Below are positions 43,363 to 54,092 of a stretch of DNA of 64,000 bases, piece after piece. Source of the stretch: Candidatus Latescibacterota bacterium (GTDB lineage: Bacteria > Latescibacterota > UBA2968 > UBA8231); assembly GCA_965206595.1 (NCBI GenBank), contig OZ242214.1, positions 4,352,001 to 4,416,000 of the forward strand. Reading direction: 5' to 3'. Under the pieces are notes generated by a model. That model was not told where the DNA came from. It saw nothing but the letters and a program-made list of their open reading frames with translations, and ran no database searches. How positions within the stretch are numbered: position 1 is the first letter of the stretch; each line of letters begins with the position of its first letter. The position numbers and the translations under genes are program-made.

Positions 43363-43884
43363 TCAACGTCTCAGCTTGCGGTACTCCTCGCAGGACTCAG
43401 ACAATGAAGGCGGGACGGGTGACCGGAGTTCTTGGGTCTCATGGCACATTCTGTACAATTTGTCTGCAAAGCAACGGTGCTCTGCCGGGGTCCGGCGGGA
43501 ATACCTCTCATTTTCGTCAACAGATTCGCCGTCAAGGTAGGCAAACCAAGTCTCAATATTCCGGCGCGGAACGAGGATGATCACCGGGTCCTCTGGTTTT
43601 CTTGGATCTATCTGTTGGATCGTGCACTCATCGTCAAGCTGAGATCGGCGGAATTGAGTCGTATGCTTGTCCGCGTCGATGACGCCTATCAGGAAGGCGT
43701 TTTGCCGGCTTCGAATCGCCTTCATTTCCTTGGGGTATTTTTTCCGGACCCAATTCTCCGCTGCTCCGGACGCGAAAGGAAAAGTCTGTATGTCACGCTT
43801 GGTGAAATTACGTTTGCCCAGAAACCGGCGAACGAACCGGTCCGTGGTCGAGTCCTCGCAGAGCAATACAATCCGGACGCTCAT
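43363..43884 (-). CDS. Small TOPRIM-like protein (DUF4276-type partner of AAA_21 ATPases)
   Basis: [11 protein letters not shown]...VIDAD...VPRRNIETW acidic motifs; ATGA-coupled to the ATPase. Confidence 0.6.
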   Translation of the reverse strand: MSVRIVLLCEDSTTDRFVRRFLGKRNFTKRDIQTFPFASGAAENWVRKKYPKEMKAIRSRQNAFLIGVIDADKHTTQFRRSQLDDECTIQQIDPRKPEDPVIILVPRRNIETWFAYLDGESVDENERYSRRTPAEHRCFADKLYRMCHETQELRSPVPPSLSESCEEYRKLRR

Positions 43885-44987
43885 TCCCAACGTCTTGCAA
43901 TGGTTTCGGAAAGCGACAGGCCATCTACCGTATTGTTTGGTTTCTTGCTCACCCGCACCGGGCCGTCTCCTTCGCGAAAGAACCATCTGCCGTTCGCGCC
44001 TGCCATGTAGTCAATCGTTACCGGGTGATGGGATGCTACGACAACCTGGCCAAGGGATTCCCCGGTTCGGTCCGCCGCTTCCGCGAGCCAAGGCTGTACT
44101 TCCCCAAGGGCGAGGTAGTTGTCGGGTTCGTCGACAAACAGCGAAACCTGCCCATCCGAGGAGAGGTGGATCAGGCTGTACATGGCGATCAGGGCCCGTT
44201 GACCATCCGAGAGCTGATCGAAACCGTAGCGGATTGGCTCGGAGGACGGGCCTTTAAAGATTGCCTTGAGGGCGCGGGAGTTCTCTCCGGATTCCGTCAA
44301 ATTGATCGAGTCGAAACCAGGGAGGGTTTCGCGAAGTGCCTCGAACAGCGAAAAAATGGAGCGCATATTTTCCTGTGCAGCGCGGCGGTACCAGCCGACG
44401 AAATTCTGCATCAAAGGATCCAGGAACTCGTCCTCGGTTCTCGTTTCGGGTGCCATTATCGGTGGACAGCAGCTGACGACTATGTAGTTGCCAATCTCTT
44501 TTTTGAACCGAGTCAGCTTCTTATTGTCGGTCCTTTCGTTTAGGAAGCTAATTCCGGACTGCGACCAATCGCAGGGATATGATGGGCCTTTGGAGTAATC
44601 GTCGTGGTACAGTTGCGCGTCACCATTTTTGAATGCAAAGATCGGGTTTCCCTCGTGTTCAAGCGTTTCTTCCCAGACTCGCATCCTATTGCGAGGGACG
44701 TCATGCTCAACCATCAGGGAGTAACGGTAGGATTCTTCGTCGATCCGTGTTTCAATTTCGAATCTTTGTTCGTTGCGTTGTCCGTACAGGGAGATGTCCC
44801 GGGCAGGGAACACGGTATCCACTTTCCAGCCCCGAACGATCAGGTTCTGGATGTTTCTGAGTACGTTCAGGACGGAGGTCTTGCCTGTTCCGTTCCGCCC
44901 TAGAAAGACGTTCGTTGGGTCGAGATCCAGTTCGAAATTTTCCAGACAACGGAAGTTGTCCACGTAGAGTCTTGAGAGCACGGGCAT
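43881..44987 (-). CDS. ABC-type (AAA_21) ATPase
   Basis: LYVDNFRCL, GRNGTGKTS, QLSDGQR, LFVDEPDNYL, VASHHP. Confidence 0.88.
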   Translation of the reverse strand: MPVLSRLYVDNFRCLENFELDLDPTNVFLGRNGTGKTSVLNVLRNIQNLIVRGWKVDTVFPARDISLYGQRNEQRFEIETRIDEESYRYSLMVEHDVPRNRMRVWEETLEHEGNPIFAFKNGDAQLYHDDYSKGPSYPCDWSQSGISFLNERTDNKKLTRFKKEIGNYIVVSCCPPIMAPETRTEDEFLDPLMQNFVGWYRRAAQENMRSIFSLFEALRETLPGFDSINLTESGENSRALKAIFKGPSSEPIRYGFDQLSDGQRALIAMYSLIHLSSDGQVSLFVDEPDNYLALGEVQPWLAEAADRTGESLGQVVVASHHPVTIDYMAGANGRWFFREGDGPVRVSKKPNNTVDGLSLSETIARRWE

Positions 44988-45164
44988 TCACCTTTGTCGG
45001 TAGGACTTGCCGGTCCGCTTATGTGACCGTCTCATTTCAAGGTGGCTTGGATCGTATTCACCTGTCAAGAAGTCCCGGACTTCGTTCGCCTTCAAGGCGT
45101 CGCTTTCTCCGCATGAACCCACGGACGCCCCGACCGCGTCGCAGTCCAGGCGCAACCGAACACC

Positions 45165-46990
45165 TCACCTCTTCCAGAAACAGGACACCTTCAGCTGCAG
45201 CGAGCGGTTGGCCTGCTGCAGCCCTCCCTCGGTATCCCAGACCTGGTTGTACACCACGAACAGATCGCTGCCGGGCAGGAAGCGGTAGTTGAACAGGAAG
45301 TTCCCCCCACCAGCTCGCGGGCGCTGTTCCACTGCAGGAAGCCGCGCGCGAACATGTCCGGGGAGAAGGAGTAGAGGAAGCGGTGCCCGAACAGGTGGGT
45401 GTTGAAGGCGCCGTCGGGCAGATCGATGCGGTTGAACTCGTACTTCCCCTCCAGCTCCAGGCGGGCGATGCGGCGCCAGACCGCCTTGGTTGAGACGCGG
45501 CTGCGGGTGCCGTTGAAGAAGGCGCCGCGTTCCGGGGCGAGATCCCCCGAAAGATGGCCTGCGGTGGCGAATCCCGATCCAGTCGCCGGCTTCGAGGTTG
45601 AACCTCGAGATCGCGGCTCTGCAGGATGTTGTCACGGTCCGTCAGGTAGGTGAAACGGGGGGACAGCGAAAGCTGGCGGATCCAGCCGACGTCCGGCCGG
45701 GGCCGGTAGCGCCCCTGGCCCTTGAAGCGGCGGATGCCGGTGCGCGGCACGAAGCCGACTTCGGGCGAAAAATCCTCTTCGACGTCGAGGTAGCTCAGGC
45801 TGGTCTCGAAGCGGCTCCGGCGGTAGTCGAGCTCCAGCAGGCCGGCGCCGTCGCCCCCCTCCGCCGCGGGGGTCCAGGTCCCGGCGGCGAAGCCGCGCAG
45901 GTTGAGGGCGGCCTGCAGCAGCGACAGGGAGAAGTCCATGCCCGCGGTGCGGTTGTAGTCGGCGTCGGAGCCGGGCTGCTTGTCGATGGCGATCAGGCCG
46001 AGACTGGAGCTGCCCGGCAGGTCGCGCTTGAGGCGCAGGACCGTGAAGTCGGTGCGGGTCACGTCGAGGGTGTCGAGGACGTTCACCTGCAGGGTCTCGA
46101 CGATGGCCTCCCCGCTCAGCTCGGCCCGATCCTCGTCGAAGAGGTCGCCGTCCGCGGTGAGGAAGCGGTCTTCCTCCTCTTCGTCGACGAAGGTCATGGC
46201 CTGCATCGTCATGCGCAGGGTGCCGACCTGGTAGGGTCCGGCGCGGCCGGTGAGCTTGCCCCCGGCGAGCACGGGCAGGTGGTGCCCCTCTTCGATGCCG
46301 ATGCGGCGGCTGTAGAACATCAGGGTGGGAGGCCGTCCTCCCAGGCCCTGCCTTTCGACGCGTTCGCCGAACTCGAAGATGCCGGCCCCTTCGAGGAAGA
46401 AGTCCCGTTTTTCCGGAAAGAAAAGGTTGAAGCGGGTGAGGTTGACCTGCTCCTGGTCCGCCTCCACCTGGGCGAAGTCCGTCTTCCAGGACAGGTCGAG
46501 GGTCAGCGAGGGGGTGAGGCCGTACTTGAAATCGAGGCCGGGGTCGAGGTCGTATTCATTGAAGTTTTCCGCGGCGAAATCGCGCCGTGTGCCGCTCAGC
46601 ACGAAGGGGACGACCGCCATCGGCGGGCGGCTGCGGAGCCGGCCCAGGCCCTTCAGCACCGCCAGGCGCGAGGTGCGGTAGCGGCCCCAGTAACCGTAGG
46701 CCTGGGGCGGCGGCACGAGGAAGACCTCCTCGTGCCTGCGGCGGATGGCGCGTCGTCGAAGAGGATGCGGACTTCGGTGCGCTCGCTGGGCGGGGCCCCT
46801 TCGACCGGCTCCCGCTGGAAGAAGGCGTCCATGACCGGGGCCTGCTGCCAGACCGGATCGTCGAGGCGGCCGTCGATGCGAGGGGGTGCGGCCGTGCGGG
46901 CGGCCTGGACTACGGGGGTTTCCCCGGCCTGGACAGGTGCGGCGAGCAGCGCAAGGAGAACGGCGCTTTTGAGAATGGAGGACCGTGTTT
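45165..46990 (-). pseudogene. CBM9 / DUF5916-like outer-membrane protein, decayed
   Basis: Signal peptide without start codon; PPRIDGRLDDPVW..AP..FFQREP..RTEVRILFDD; deletion and frameshift near 46752; TDFAQVEADQEQVNLTRFNLFFPEKRDFFLEG; broken C-terminus (NYRFLPGSDLFVVYN). Confidence 0.75.
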
Positions 46991-49845
46991 TACGGTTGTG
47001 GTCTGGAATTGGTGGCTGAAAATTTTTGTCTGATTTCGGTCACTGCATTCATGATCTCCGCGGGCAGGGGTTCGAGCTCTTCGCCCAACTCCGCCCTTAT
47101 GGCGTGCCAGAGAGGCTCCATCGATTCTGCCAGCCCCGCAGCTTCCATAATGTCCTTGACACGTGGTCCATGGCCGGCGGCGACCGCGCGGATCAATGAC
47201 TCAGTCAAACCCGTTACCTCTTGTTTCTGCGATTCGCTCCTGGTTATGCGAAGGGCGTGTTCAAGCTGGTCCAGCGCTTCTGTCCATTTGCCTCGACAAG
47301 CCAGGATATTGGAGAGCGTCCGGAGCGCATCCGGGTTTTGTGGGGCCAATTCCACTGCGCGACGGGCATGTTTCTGGGCCTCCGGAAGACGCTCCGTGTC
47401 GTTCTGGTTGAGGATGGCTTGCGCCCAGGCGGTCCATGATTTATCACAATCAGGATCGATTTCCGACGCAGTTCTGCAAGCGGATTCCGCTTCTCCATTC
47501 CTTCCCTCCAGATTCAATGTAGCTGCTACGGATGCTAGCCCCTTGGCGGTCATGCGGCGCAACTTAATCGGGTCGTCTCGATGTATGTATTTCCGGGCCA
47601 ATTGGGATGATGCGCTCAAAAGGTCGTGGTTTCCCAACTCGTACTGAACCATTCCTCTGAGACTTGCCGCTCCGACTGCCAAGTGGCGCATTGTCACTGA
47701 ATCGTCTTCCCGGATGTACTCGGAAATCCGTTCCAAGGAACCAGCGGCCTCTTTGTACCTGCTTTGGTCGGTAAGAATGCTACCGTTGGCAGACAGCGCA
47801 TTGACGGCCAACCGCCGCAAGTTCTCCGAGTCGTCCGGACGGATATATCTGGCAACCTGTTCCCGGGCAGTGAAAGCCTCTTCATCCCGGCCTAGTTTGC
47901 CTAGAATACGGCCCTTCGCCGCGATTGCCTTGGCCGCCGTGTGGCGCAGCTCCGCCGGGTCGTCCGTACTAATGTGTTCCGAAGCCCGTTGCCAAGCGGC
48001 GATAGCCTCCTCTTCCCGGTTCAGTTTGACGAGAAAGCTGCCGCTGAGCTCGGCCGCGATGGCGGCAGTTCCGCGCAACTCTATTGAATCATCCGGATCG
48101 GAATACCTGGAGGCCTGTTCAAAGGCTGCAATGGCGTTTTCTAGTTGTTCCAGCTCAGCGAGAGCTGTCCCCTTTCCTACCAAGGTTACGAAGGTCAAAA
48201 TTCGTAACCCTATTTGGTCACCTTTATTGACTCGCTCCAGAACGCAGTCATAGGCGGCTACCGCCTCTTCGGGGCGATCTTGCATGTCTAGAACGATGCC
48301 GAGCCCGAGCCAAGCTGCAAAGTGGTCGGGCTTAATCTCCAAGGCCTTCCGAAGCGCTGCTTCCGCGTCTTCAAAACATCCGGCCTGGTTAAACTTCAGG
48401 GCGCGCTTCATCCATTCTTCGAAATGGCTTGCCTTTTCGTTTTCTGCGAATTCCTCCCGTATGGTCTGGACAATGGGAGCGTTCGGACCGACGCGGTCGG
48501 CAACAATGGCCAGCGCTTCGCGCTGCCAGTCTTCGCGCCCCTCGAAGTGTTGATCACCCGCGACGTGTGGAGCCAGCACGCTCAGCCACTCGGACATCGC
48601 CGCGGCGCCCAGGCCATCGGCACGCAACGCGGCCAATGCGGCGGGGTACATCGTCCTCATACCGGCCGGGCCGAAAAGGTCGTGAAGGAACGCGACGAGC
48701 CGCTCGAGACGATCGCGTCCTGTGCGGGAAAAACGCAGTAGATAGTAGATGTTGTAGAAACGGTCGCTGACCTCGTACCGCGCCCGCTTGGCGCCGGGGA
48801 GCCGGACCTCGCGCACATAGCCCTTTTCCAGGAGTTGCTTGAGCTGGGCACTGGCGTGAGATGAGCTCAGCTTCGCGGCCCCGGCCACCTCCTTCGCCAA
48901 CATCGGCTTCCACCCCTCCGAGAGACAGTGGAATACCTTTCGGGCCTGAACCGGCAAATCCTCGATGCGGGCCTTGAAGTAAGGCGTCTGCTCGTCGATC
49001 AGCTGCTCCAGGTCCTCGATGGCCGGCCCAAGAGGGGACTCGATCAGCATCCGACAGGACAGGACCAGCAACCTTGGGTTTCCGCCGGTGAGACGGCGGA
49101 TCGTCTCCAGCCGTCCCTGCTCGCGGTCCAGGCTTCCCGGGATCTCGGGTTTCCCCTCAGAGTCGGCGACCGCTTCCAGCATCCGGCGGGTGTCAGCCTG
49201 TCCGAGACCTTCGAGGGTGAAGAGCCGGAAGAATTCGTAGAACGGTTCGCCGTGACTTCGGATGGCCTCGAAGACCGCGTTGGCGGACCCGAGCAAGAGG
49301 ATTTCCGGGCGCTCGATAAGGGAAGCGCGCAACGCATGAATTTCACGCTCGTTTCGCAACTGTCCGAAGATGGCGTCGAGATTTTCGACAAACAGGATCA
49401 GACGCTTCCCGCTTGCCTGGCTGAAATCCATGAGAGCCGCGAGGGCATACGCGGCGAGCCGTTGTGTGTCTCCTTCGTCCTCGGCTAGGGATTCGGCCCT
49501 GTCAGCCCAACGAGAATCCCCGGTGGCGCGCGTCAAGTGTTGTAAAGCGGAAAGCCAGAATTCCGCCAAGTTGTCGATCCCGTAGCTTTCCTCGTGGAAC
49601 GCTACGGGCTGCCATTGCGCGGCAAGGTTCGTATTGTCCGAGACCGCGTACAGGAACCGAAGCCCGAGGGTGGTCTTTCCCATCCCGCGCGGACCGATGA
49701 GCATCATGTGCTGGCATGGCCGGCCGGGCATCTGGCCGCCAATATCGCGAAGCATTTCGGCAAGGGTTTCCTCGCGCGCGACGAATGATTCCTTCAGCTC
49801 GCGGGGGGTCAGTTGGGCCGGATTGTAGAGACGCCGGCGGATCAT
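46990..49845 (-). CDS. STAND-type ATPase + winged HTH + TPR-like repeats
   Basis: MIRRRLYNP, IGPRGMGKTT, LILFVENLD, PFYEFF, LTGGNPR, HTH (AKEVA..SSSHASAQLKQL.EKGYV), then ~44-aa helical repeats DD..ELR..AA.A. Confidence 0.8.
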   Translation of the reverse strand: MIRRRLYNPAQLTPRELKESFVAREETLAEMLRDIGGQMPGRPCQHMMLIGPRGMGKTTLGLRFLYAVSDNTNLAAQWQPVAFHEESYGIDNLAEFWLSALQHLTRATGDSRWADRAESLAEDEGDTQRLAAYALAALMDFSQASGKRLILFVENLDAIFGQLRNEREIHALRASLIERPEILLLGSANAVFEAIRSHGEPFYEFFRLFTLEGLGQADTRRMLEAVADSEGKPEIPGSLDREQGRLETIRRLTGGNPRLLVLSCRMLIESPLGPAIEDLEQLIDEQTPYFKARIEDLPVQARKVFHCLSEGWKPMLAKEVAGAAKLSSSHASAQLKQLLEKGYVREVRLPGAKRARYEVSDRFYNIYYLLRFSRTGRDRLERLVAFLHDLFGPAGMRTMYPAALAALRADGLGAAAMSEWLSVLAPHVAGDQHFEGREDWQREALAIVADRVGPNAPIVQTIREEFAENEKASHFEEWMKRALKFNQAGCFEDAEAALRKALEIKPDHFAAWLGLGIVLDMQDRPEEAVAAYDCVLERVNKGDQIGLRILTFVTLVGKGTALAELEQLENAIAAFEQASRYSDPDDSIELRGTAAIAAELSGSFLVKLNREEEAIAAWQRASEHISTDDPAELRHTAAKAIAAKGRILGKLGRDEEAFTAREQVARYIRPDDSENLRRLAVNALSANGSILTDQSRYKEAAGSLERISEYIREDDSVTMRHLAVGAASLRGMVQYELGNHDLLSASSQLARKYIHRDDPIKLRRMTAKGLASVAATLNLEGRNGEAESACRTASEIDPDCDKSWTAWAQAILNQNDTERLPEAQKHARRAVELAPQNPDALRTLSNILACRGKWTEALDQLEHALRITRSESQKQEVTGLTESLIRAVAAGHGPRVKDIMEAAGLAESMEPLWHAIRAELGEELEPLPAEIMNAVTEIRQKFSATNSRPQP

Positions 49846-51041
49846 CGGCGGTAGTCCCTTCCGTGGTGTTTTCGCCACCATACCCGCAGGAGATTCGAAC
49901 GGAAAATCAGATGACCGTCTTCTCTCTTCACGTAACCGTCCGCCTCCAGATCGCTCAACACCGACTGAAATGTCTCGCTTCCCTGCCGCCGTAAGTCTTC
50001 GAGATCCGGAAAACTGACGCCGTCCTTACGCCGGCAGGCGAGGCCCAGGATGTCGTACGCCATTCCGCACTCTCGCTCGTCGAGAGCAATCTCAAGGCGC
50101 TTCTCGTAGTGGTCCAGGTGGGCGGTCCCGCTTGGTCCGGCAAGCCGCTCTTCAAAGCACTGATTGATCATTGCGGGCGAGACTCGGGAGGGATCGCCTT
50201 TACTCGCATCGCGAATCGCCGAAAAGAAAAGCTGCAGGTGGTACGGAACGGGATCATTCAGCAGGTCCAGGATCCGGTCGATGGATCCGTCATCGAGAGG
50301 GAAGTTGCAGGCGCAGGCCAGCTCCTCCAGGAATTGGACAGCGGTAGACCTGTCCCACGAGTTCAGCCGGAACGGTACGAGGTCGTTGATCGAGCCTGAA
50401 AGCCCGGCGCGCCGCAGGATGCCTTCGAGCCCGATCGATCCGCCGATGAGCGTGTGAACCTTGCTGCGTAGCGCCGGTGCCTGGCGCCAGTGCCGGAGCC
50501 GGGCCAGCAGCAGCTCGGCTTCGTGTTTGCGGTCAGCGTCCCTCAGAATGCGCGAGACGAGAATCGGCAGCTCGTCCAGGATGATCAGAAGCTTGCCACT
50601 GGCGTCGTCCAGGCTCGTGAGGCGCGCCTGGAGTTGATCTGCGGCATGGCCCCATTCACTGCCAATCGCCCGTTTGAGCTCGACGCGCAATGCGGGGATC
50701 TGGACACCGACACTTACTCCATTGAGAACGTCCTTGACCGCCTTCGAGAAGGGAATCGCTTCGAAACGGGTTCGATACCTGGGATGAGCCGCCAACTCCG
50801 CCAGTATCGAGGCGACGCAGTCAGCAGGGCCGTCGCCGCCTTCGACGTCGACATAGATGACCTCCCAGTTCTCCCGAGGAGCGCGATGGAGTTCCAGCAT
50901 CAGGCTGGTCTTGCCCACACGCCTCGGGGCGAGCATCAGAATGTGCTCTCCCTGCTCCAGATTTTCCCAGAGGCGGTCCAGTTCGTAGTCTCGGCCATAG
51001 AGGTCGTCGCCGAGTACCGCTTGTCCGATGATGTTCCGCAT
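49842..51041 (-). CDS. STAND-type (archaeal-ATPase-like) AAA ATPase with C-terminal wHTH
   Basis: DLYGRDYEL, LAPRRVGKTS, LIILDELP, GGSIGL, PYHLQL, LEADGYV..FRS.LLRVWW. Confidence 0.82.
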   Translation of the reverse strand: MRNIIGQAVLGDDLYGRDYELDRLWENLEQGEHILMLAPRRVGKTSLMLELHRAPRENWEVIYVDVEGGDGPADCVASILAELAAHPRYRTRFEAIPFSKAVKDVLNGVSVGVQIPALRVELKRAIGSEWGHAADQLQARLTSLDDASGKLLIILDELPILVSRILRDADRKHEAELLLARLRHWRQAPALRSKVHTLIGGSIGLEGILRRAGLSGSINDLVPFRLNSWDRSTAVQFLEELACACNFPLDDGSIDRILDLLNDPVPYHLQLFFSAIRDASKGDPSRVSPAMINQCFEERLAGPSGTAHLDHYEKRLEIALDERECGMAYDILGLACRRKDGVSFPDLEDLRRQGSETFQSVLSDLEADGYVKREDGHLIFRSNLLRVWWRKHHGRDYRR

Positions 51042-51080
51042 TCATGGTCCTCCCGGAATTGTCACTAAGACAAGCTAAAC

Positions 51081-51125
51081 GGCAAAAAATATTTTGGCAA
51101 TGATATTTTTGGCAAAATAACAGTT
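51081..51125. repeat. Three 15-bp direct repeats upstream of the STAND operon
   Basis: GGCAAAAAATATTTT / GGCAATGATATTTTT / GGCAAAATAACAGTT, starting at 51081, 51096 and 51111. Confidence 0.55.
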
Positions 51126-51144
51126 GTCATTACTGTAGTGGTAA

Positions 51145-51786
51145 GAGAACGAGCCTGTCTTTCACGAGCCGTGGGAAGGCCGCCTCTTTGCCATGCAGGT
51201 GTCGGGGATGGTCCCCTTGTTTCCCAGTGGGGACGCCGGCCGCTACGCCTTGGAGCAACTCGACCCCGCGGAGTATGCAGGCACTCCCTACTACGAGCGC
51301 TGGCTGGTGCGCATGGAGAGACGCTTGGTGGAGCTGGGCATCCTGACCCGGGAAGAGCTGGATGACCGCATCCGGTACTACCGGCAGCATCCGGACGCGG
51401 AAGTTCCCCGCCGCGAAGACCCTGCCGTCGCCGGGCAGGTGATGGAGAGGGTGCGCAACCGCCTGCCGCCGCCGCGGGACTCGGGCACGCCTCCCAGGTT
51501 CCGGGTGGGGGAAGCAATCCGCACCAGGAACGATCACCCCAGGGGGCACCACCGGCTGCCGCGATACGCGCGCGGGCGTCGAGGTACCGTCGCCCTTCAC
51601 CACGGCTATCACGATCTGGCCGACGACCTGGCCCGGGGCGACCACAACCCCGAGGCGCTCTACAGCGTGAGTTTCGACGCGGCCGAGCTCTGGGGAGACT
51701 CGGCAGAGGGCAGGGGCAGCGTGTACATCGACCTGTGGGACAGTTATCTCGAACCCGCGGAAGCACGGGAGGTATTGGATGAGTGA
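51145..51786 (+). pseudogene. nthB: Nitrile hydratase beta subunit lacking its N-terminus
   Basis: In-frame TAA at 51142, then ENEPVFHEPWEGRLFAM...YYERWL...HHRLPRYARGRRG...[19 protein letters not shown]. The usual MNGxHDxGG start is absent. Confidence 0.8.
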
Positions 51787-52399
51787 GGATCACCGTCATC
51801 ACGGCGCACCGGAGTCCCGGGCGGCGCTGCGCACCAGGGCGATCGAGTCGCTGCTGGTGGAGAAGGGGCTGATCGCTTCGGACGCCATCGACGCCATTGT
51901 CGAAACCTACGAGCGGGACGTCGGGCCGTTGAACGGGGCGAGAGTCGTGGCCCGCGCCTGGTGCGACCCGGAATACAGGAAGAGACTCCTGGAGGACGGC
52001 ACCGCCGCCATCGCCGAGATGGGGTTCGTCGGCCGCGAGGGGGCGCAGATCGTCGTGCTGGAGAACACCCCCGGCATCCACAACCTCGTGGTGTGCACCC
52101 TGTGCTCCTGCTATCCGTGGCCGGTGCTGGGCCTCCCGCCCAGTTGGTACAAGTCCTTCGCCTACCGCTCCCGCGCGGTCTCCGAGCCCCGCTCGGTGCT
52201 GAAGGAGTTCGGCCTGGAGCTGGACGAGTCGATGGAGGTGCGGGTGTGGGACAGCACCGCGGAGGTCCGCTACATGGTGCTTCCGCAGAGGCCGGCCGGC
52301 ACCGAAGGTCTGAGTGAAGAGGAGCTGGTTCCCCTGGTGAGCCGCGACTCCATGGTCGGCGTTGCCCGGGCCGCGGCTCCGGAGCCGGTGGGGCAGTGA
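51779..52399 (+). CDS. nthA: Nitrile hydratase alpha subunit, cobalt type
   Basis: [26 protein letters not shown]; CTLCSCY is the Co-type motif. Confidence 0.95.
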   Translation: MSEDHRHHGAPESRAALRTRAIESLLVEKGLIASDAIDAIVETYERDVGPLNGARVVARAWCDPEYRKRLLEDGTAAIAEMGFVGREGAQIVVLENTPGIHNLVVCTLCSCYPWPVLGLPPSWYKSFAYRSRAVSEPRSVLKEFGLELDESMEVRVWDSTAEVRYMVLPQRPAGTEGLSEEELVPLVSRDSMVGVARAAAPEPVGQ

Positions 52400-52455
52400 G
52401 AACGCGGCCGGCCCCGGAGATCGGTTCCATGGAAGGGGCCGAAGCCCTGCCTCGC
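52396..52455 (+). pseudogene. NHase accessory protein, 5' fragment
   Basis: GTGA overlap with the nthA stop; [20 protein letters not shown], then an abrupt switch to AT-rich DNA. Confidence 0.55.
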
Positions 52456-52875
52456 CTGGGGCTTACATCGAATACTGCGCAAAAGTATAAAGGAAAATAG
52501 AATTCGGTGTAAGTCCCTGAAGGGACAACGACTTATGGACATACTACGTAACAGGTTACGCGATGGATGGCAGAGGAGCTATTCGACACTGATATGATAG
52601 GAATCTTCCGACCGGCAGCGAGGTTGTTTTCGACAGTTCTGACGACCTCAGTGAGTTTTTCGCCGGATACCAAGAGGGCATCATATAGAGGGAAACTCAA
52701 ACCCTAATAAGCTCCATTCCCTTGCCTGTAGCGGAGCGGCGAGTAAAAGGGCTAATAGACAAGCTGTTTTTTCCAGACGCATTGTCTGCATCTCAGGGGG
52801 AGAGTCGCCTTGATGTTTCCCTTCTCCAGGATTCCTGTTACGTGGATCAGGGAGACTTTATTAGAGAACTGGATT

Positions 52876-53418
52876 TCAAACCTGATAGCCGGAAATCTTC
52901 CCTCCCTTAACCTTGATTGCCGGTGAGGTTCCGCTTCCAGTGGTGAATTCATCATTTGGAAACAGAATGGTCAGCAGTGATATACAAGCATACATCATAG
53001 GACCGGGATAGAATTTCCCGTATCCTGTTCGATATCTCCAGTCGTAAAATGCGTTGTCATGAGCTTCCAAGCACGATTCCAAACTATCAGCTGGAGTGTT
53101 GCGTACCCGAGAATTCTGCTCCATTTGGATAATGGATTTGTACACAGAAGATGCCTTTGTTCGGGCTTTTGGAGGCAGCTTCGAAAAAAGCATATGGAGA
53201 TTATGCTTCCAAAGGTTTCTCGTAATTGGCACACCATTCTCTTCTAAGAGTGCCTTTAATGCACACTCGATAGAAAAGGAAACCATCAAAGCAACTCCAA
53301 CCATTCTACCTAATTGCATGGAAGGACTATCGGTCTTCCATGTGGCGTTGTGGCTTTTGATTGCAAATTCAATTAAGCACTTTGCTTTGTATTTCCAAAA
53401 TTCGGCAGGGTCATTCAT
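52876..53418 (-). CDS. HEPN-like hypothetical protein
   Basis: FSIECALKALL....HNLHMLFSKLP...F.DWRY pattern (E.xLKA...H.L..L, RY). Confidence 0.55.
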   Translation of the reverse strand: MNDPAEFWKYKAKCLIEFAIKSHNATWKTDSPSMQLGRMVGVALMVSFSIECALKALLEENGVPITRNLWKHNLHMLFSKLPPKARTKASSVYKSIIQMEQNSRVRNTPADSLESCLEAHDNAFYDWRYRTGYGKFYPGPMMYACISLLTILFPNDEFTTGSGTSPAIKVKGGKISGYQV

Positions 53419-54092
53419 TTTCGATTTGTCTCAGTTCTTCTTCCTGCAATTTCTCCATTATTTGTCTCATCACTGAAAGAGGAACTACTGTGGTCATAAT
53501 GCCGTATATCCATTCATCGATTACTTCCAGGTATTTCCTGATTTGCCCTACTCCAATCTTATATACCATCCCCTCGTGTCGTCCTTGGAAACCTTTCCCT
53601 GTCCAACTAAATCTTTAGGCAACCGTATGCCTTACTTTCCTGCTTCTTCTTGAGATATGGCTATCCCAACTTCCTTGACGATTATCCATAGCTGGAGATC
53701 AATCAAATATTGGGATACATTTATTTAACAAGGAACTTTAGGGTATTATCCCGCGAATTTCAGGATAATATGGTATAACTATATAATAGAAAATGCAGAG
53801 AAATGGACATCCTCCGTCCCACTGTTTAGCCGGGAGGTGGAAGGAGAGTCAGAACATCCATCCACGTCGATTACAAGCATCCCTATGCCTTCACCCTAGA
53901 AGGTATCCTGGAAGATATTATTCTTCGAGATCAACCGTAACGCCTACGCCTTGAATATGCTTCTCCGGAGATATTATTTGAAACACCCTTTCGACCACTG
54001 AGTCTCGAGGGCTCCGCCTTCCTTTTCTATCACTGAGAGAAGGTTCGATTCTGTTCCCACTAAGATCGAGCTGAGCGGGGTGCTGGGAGCCG

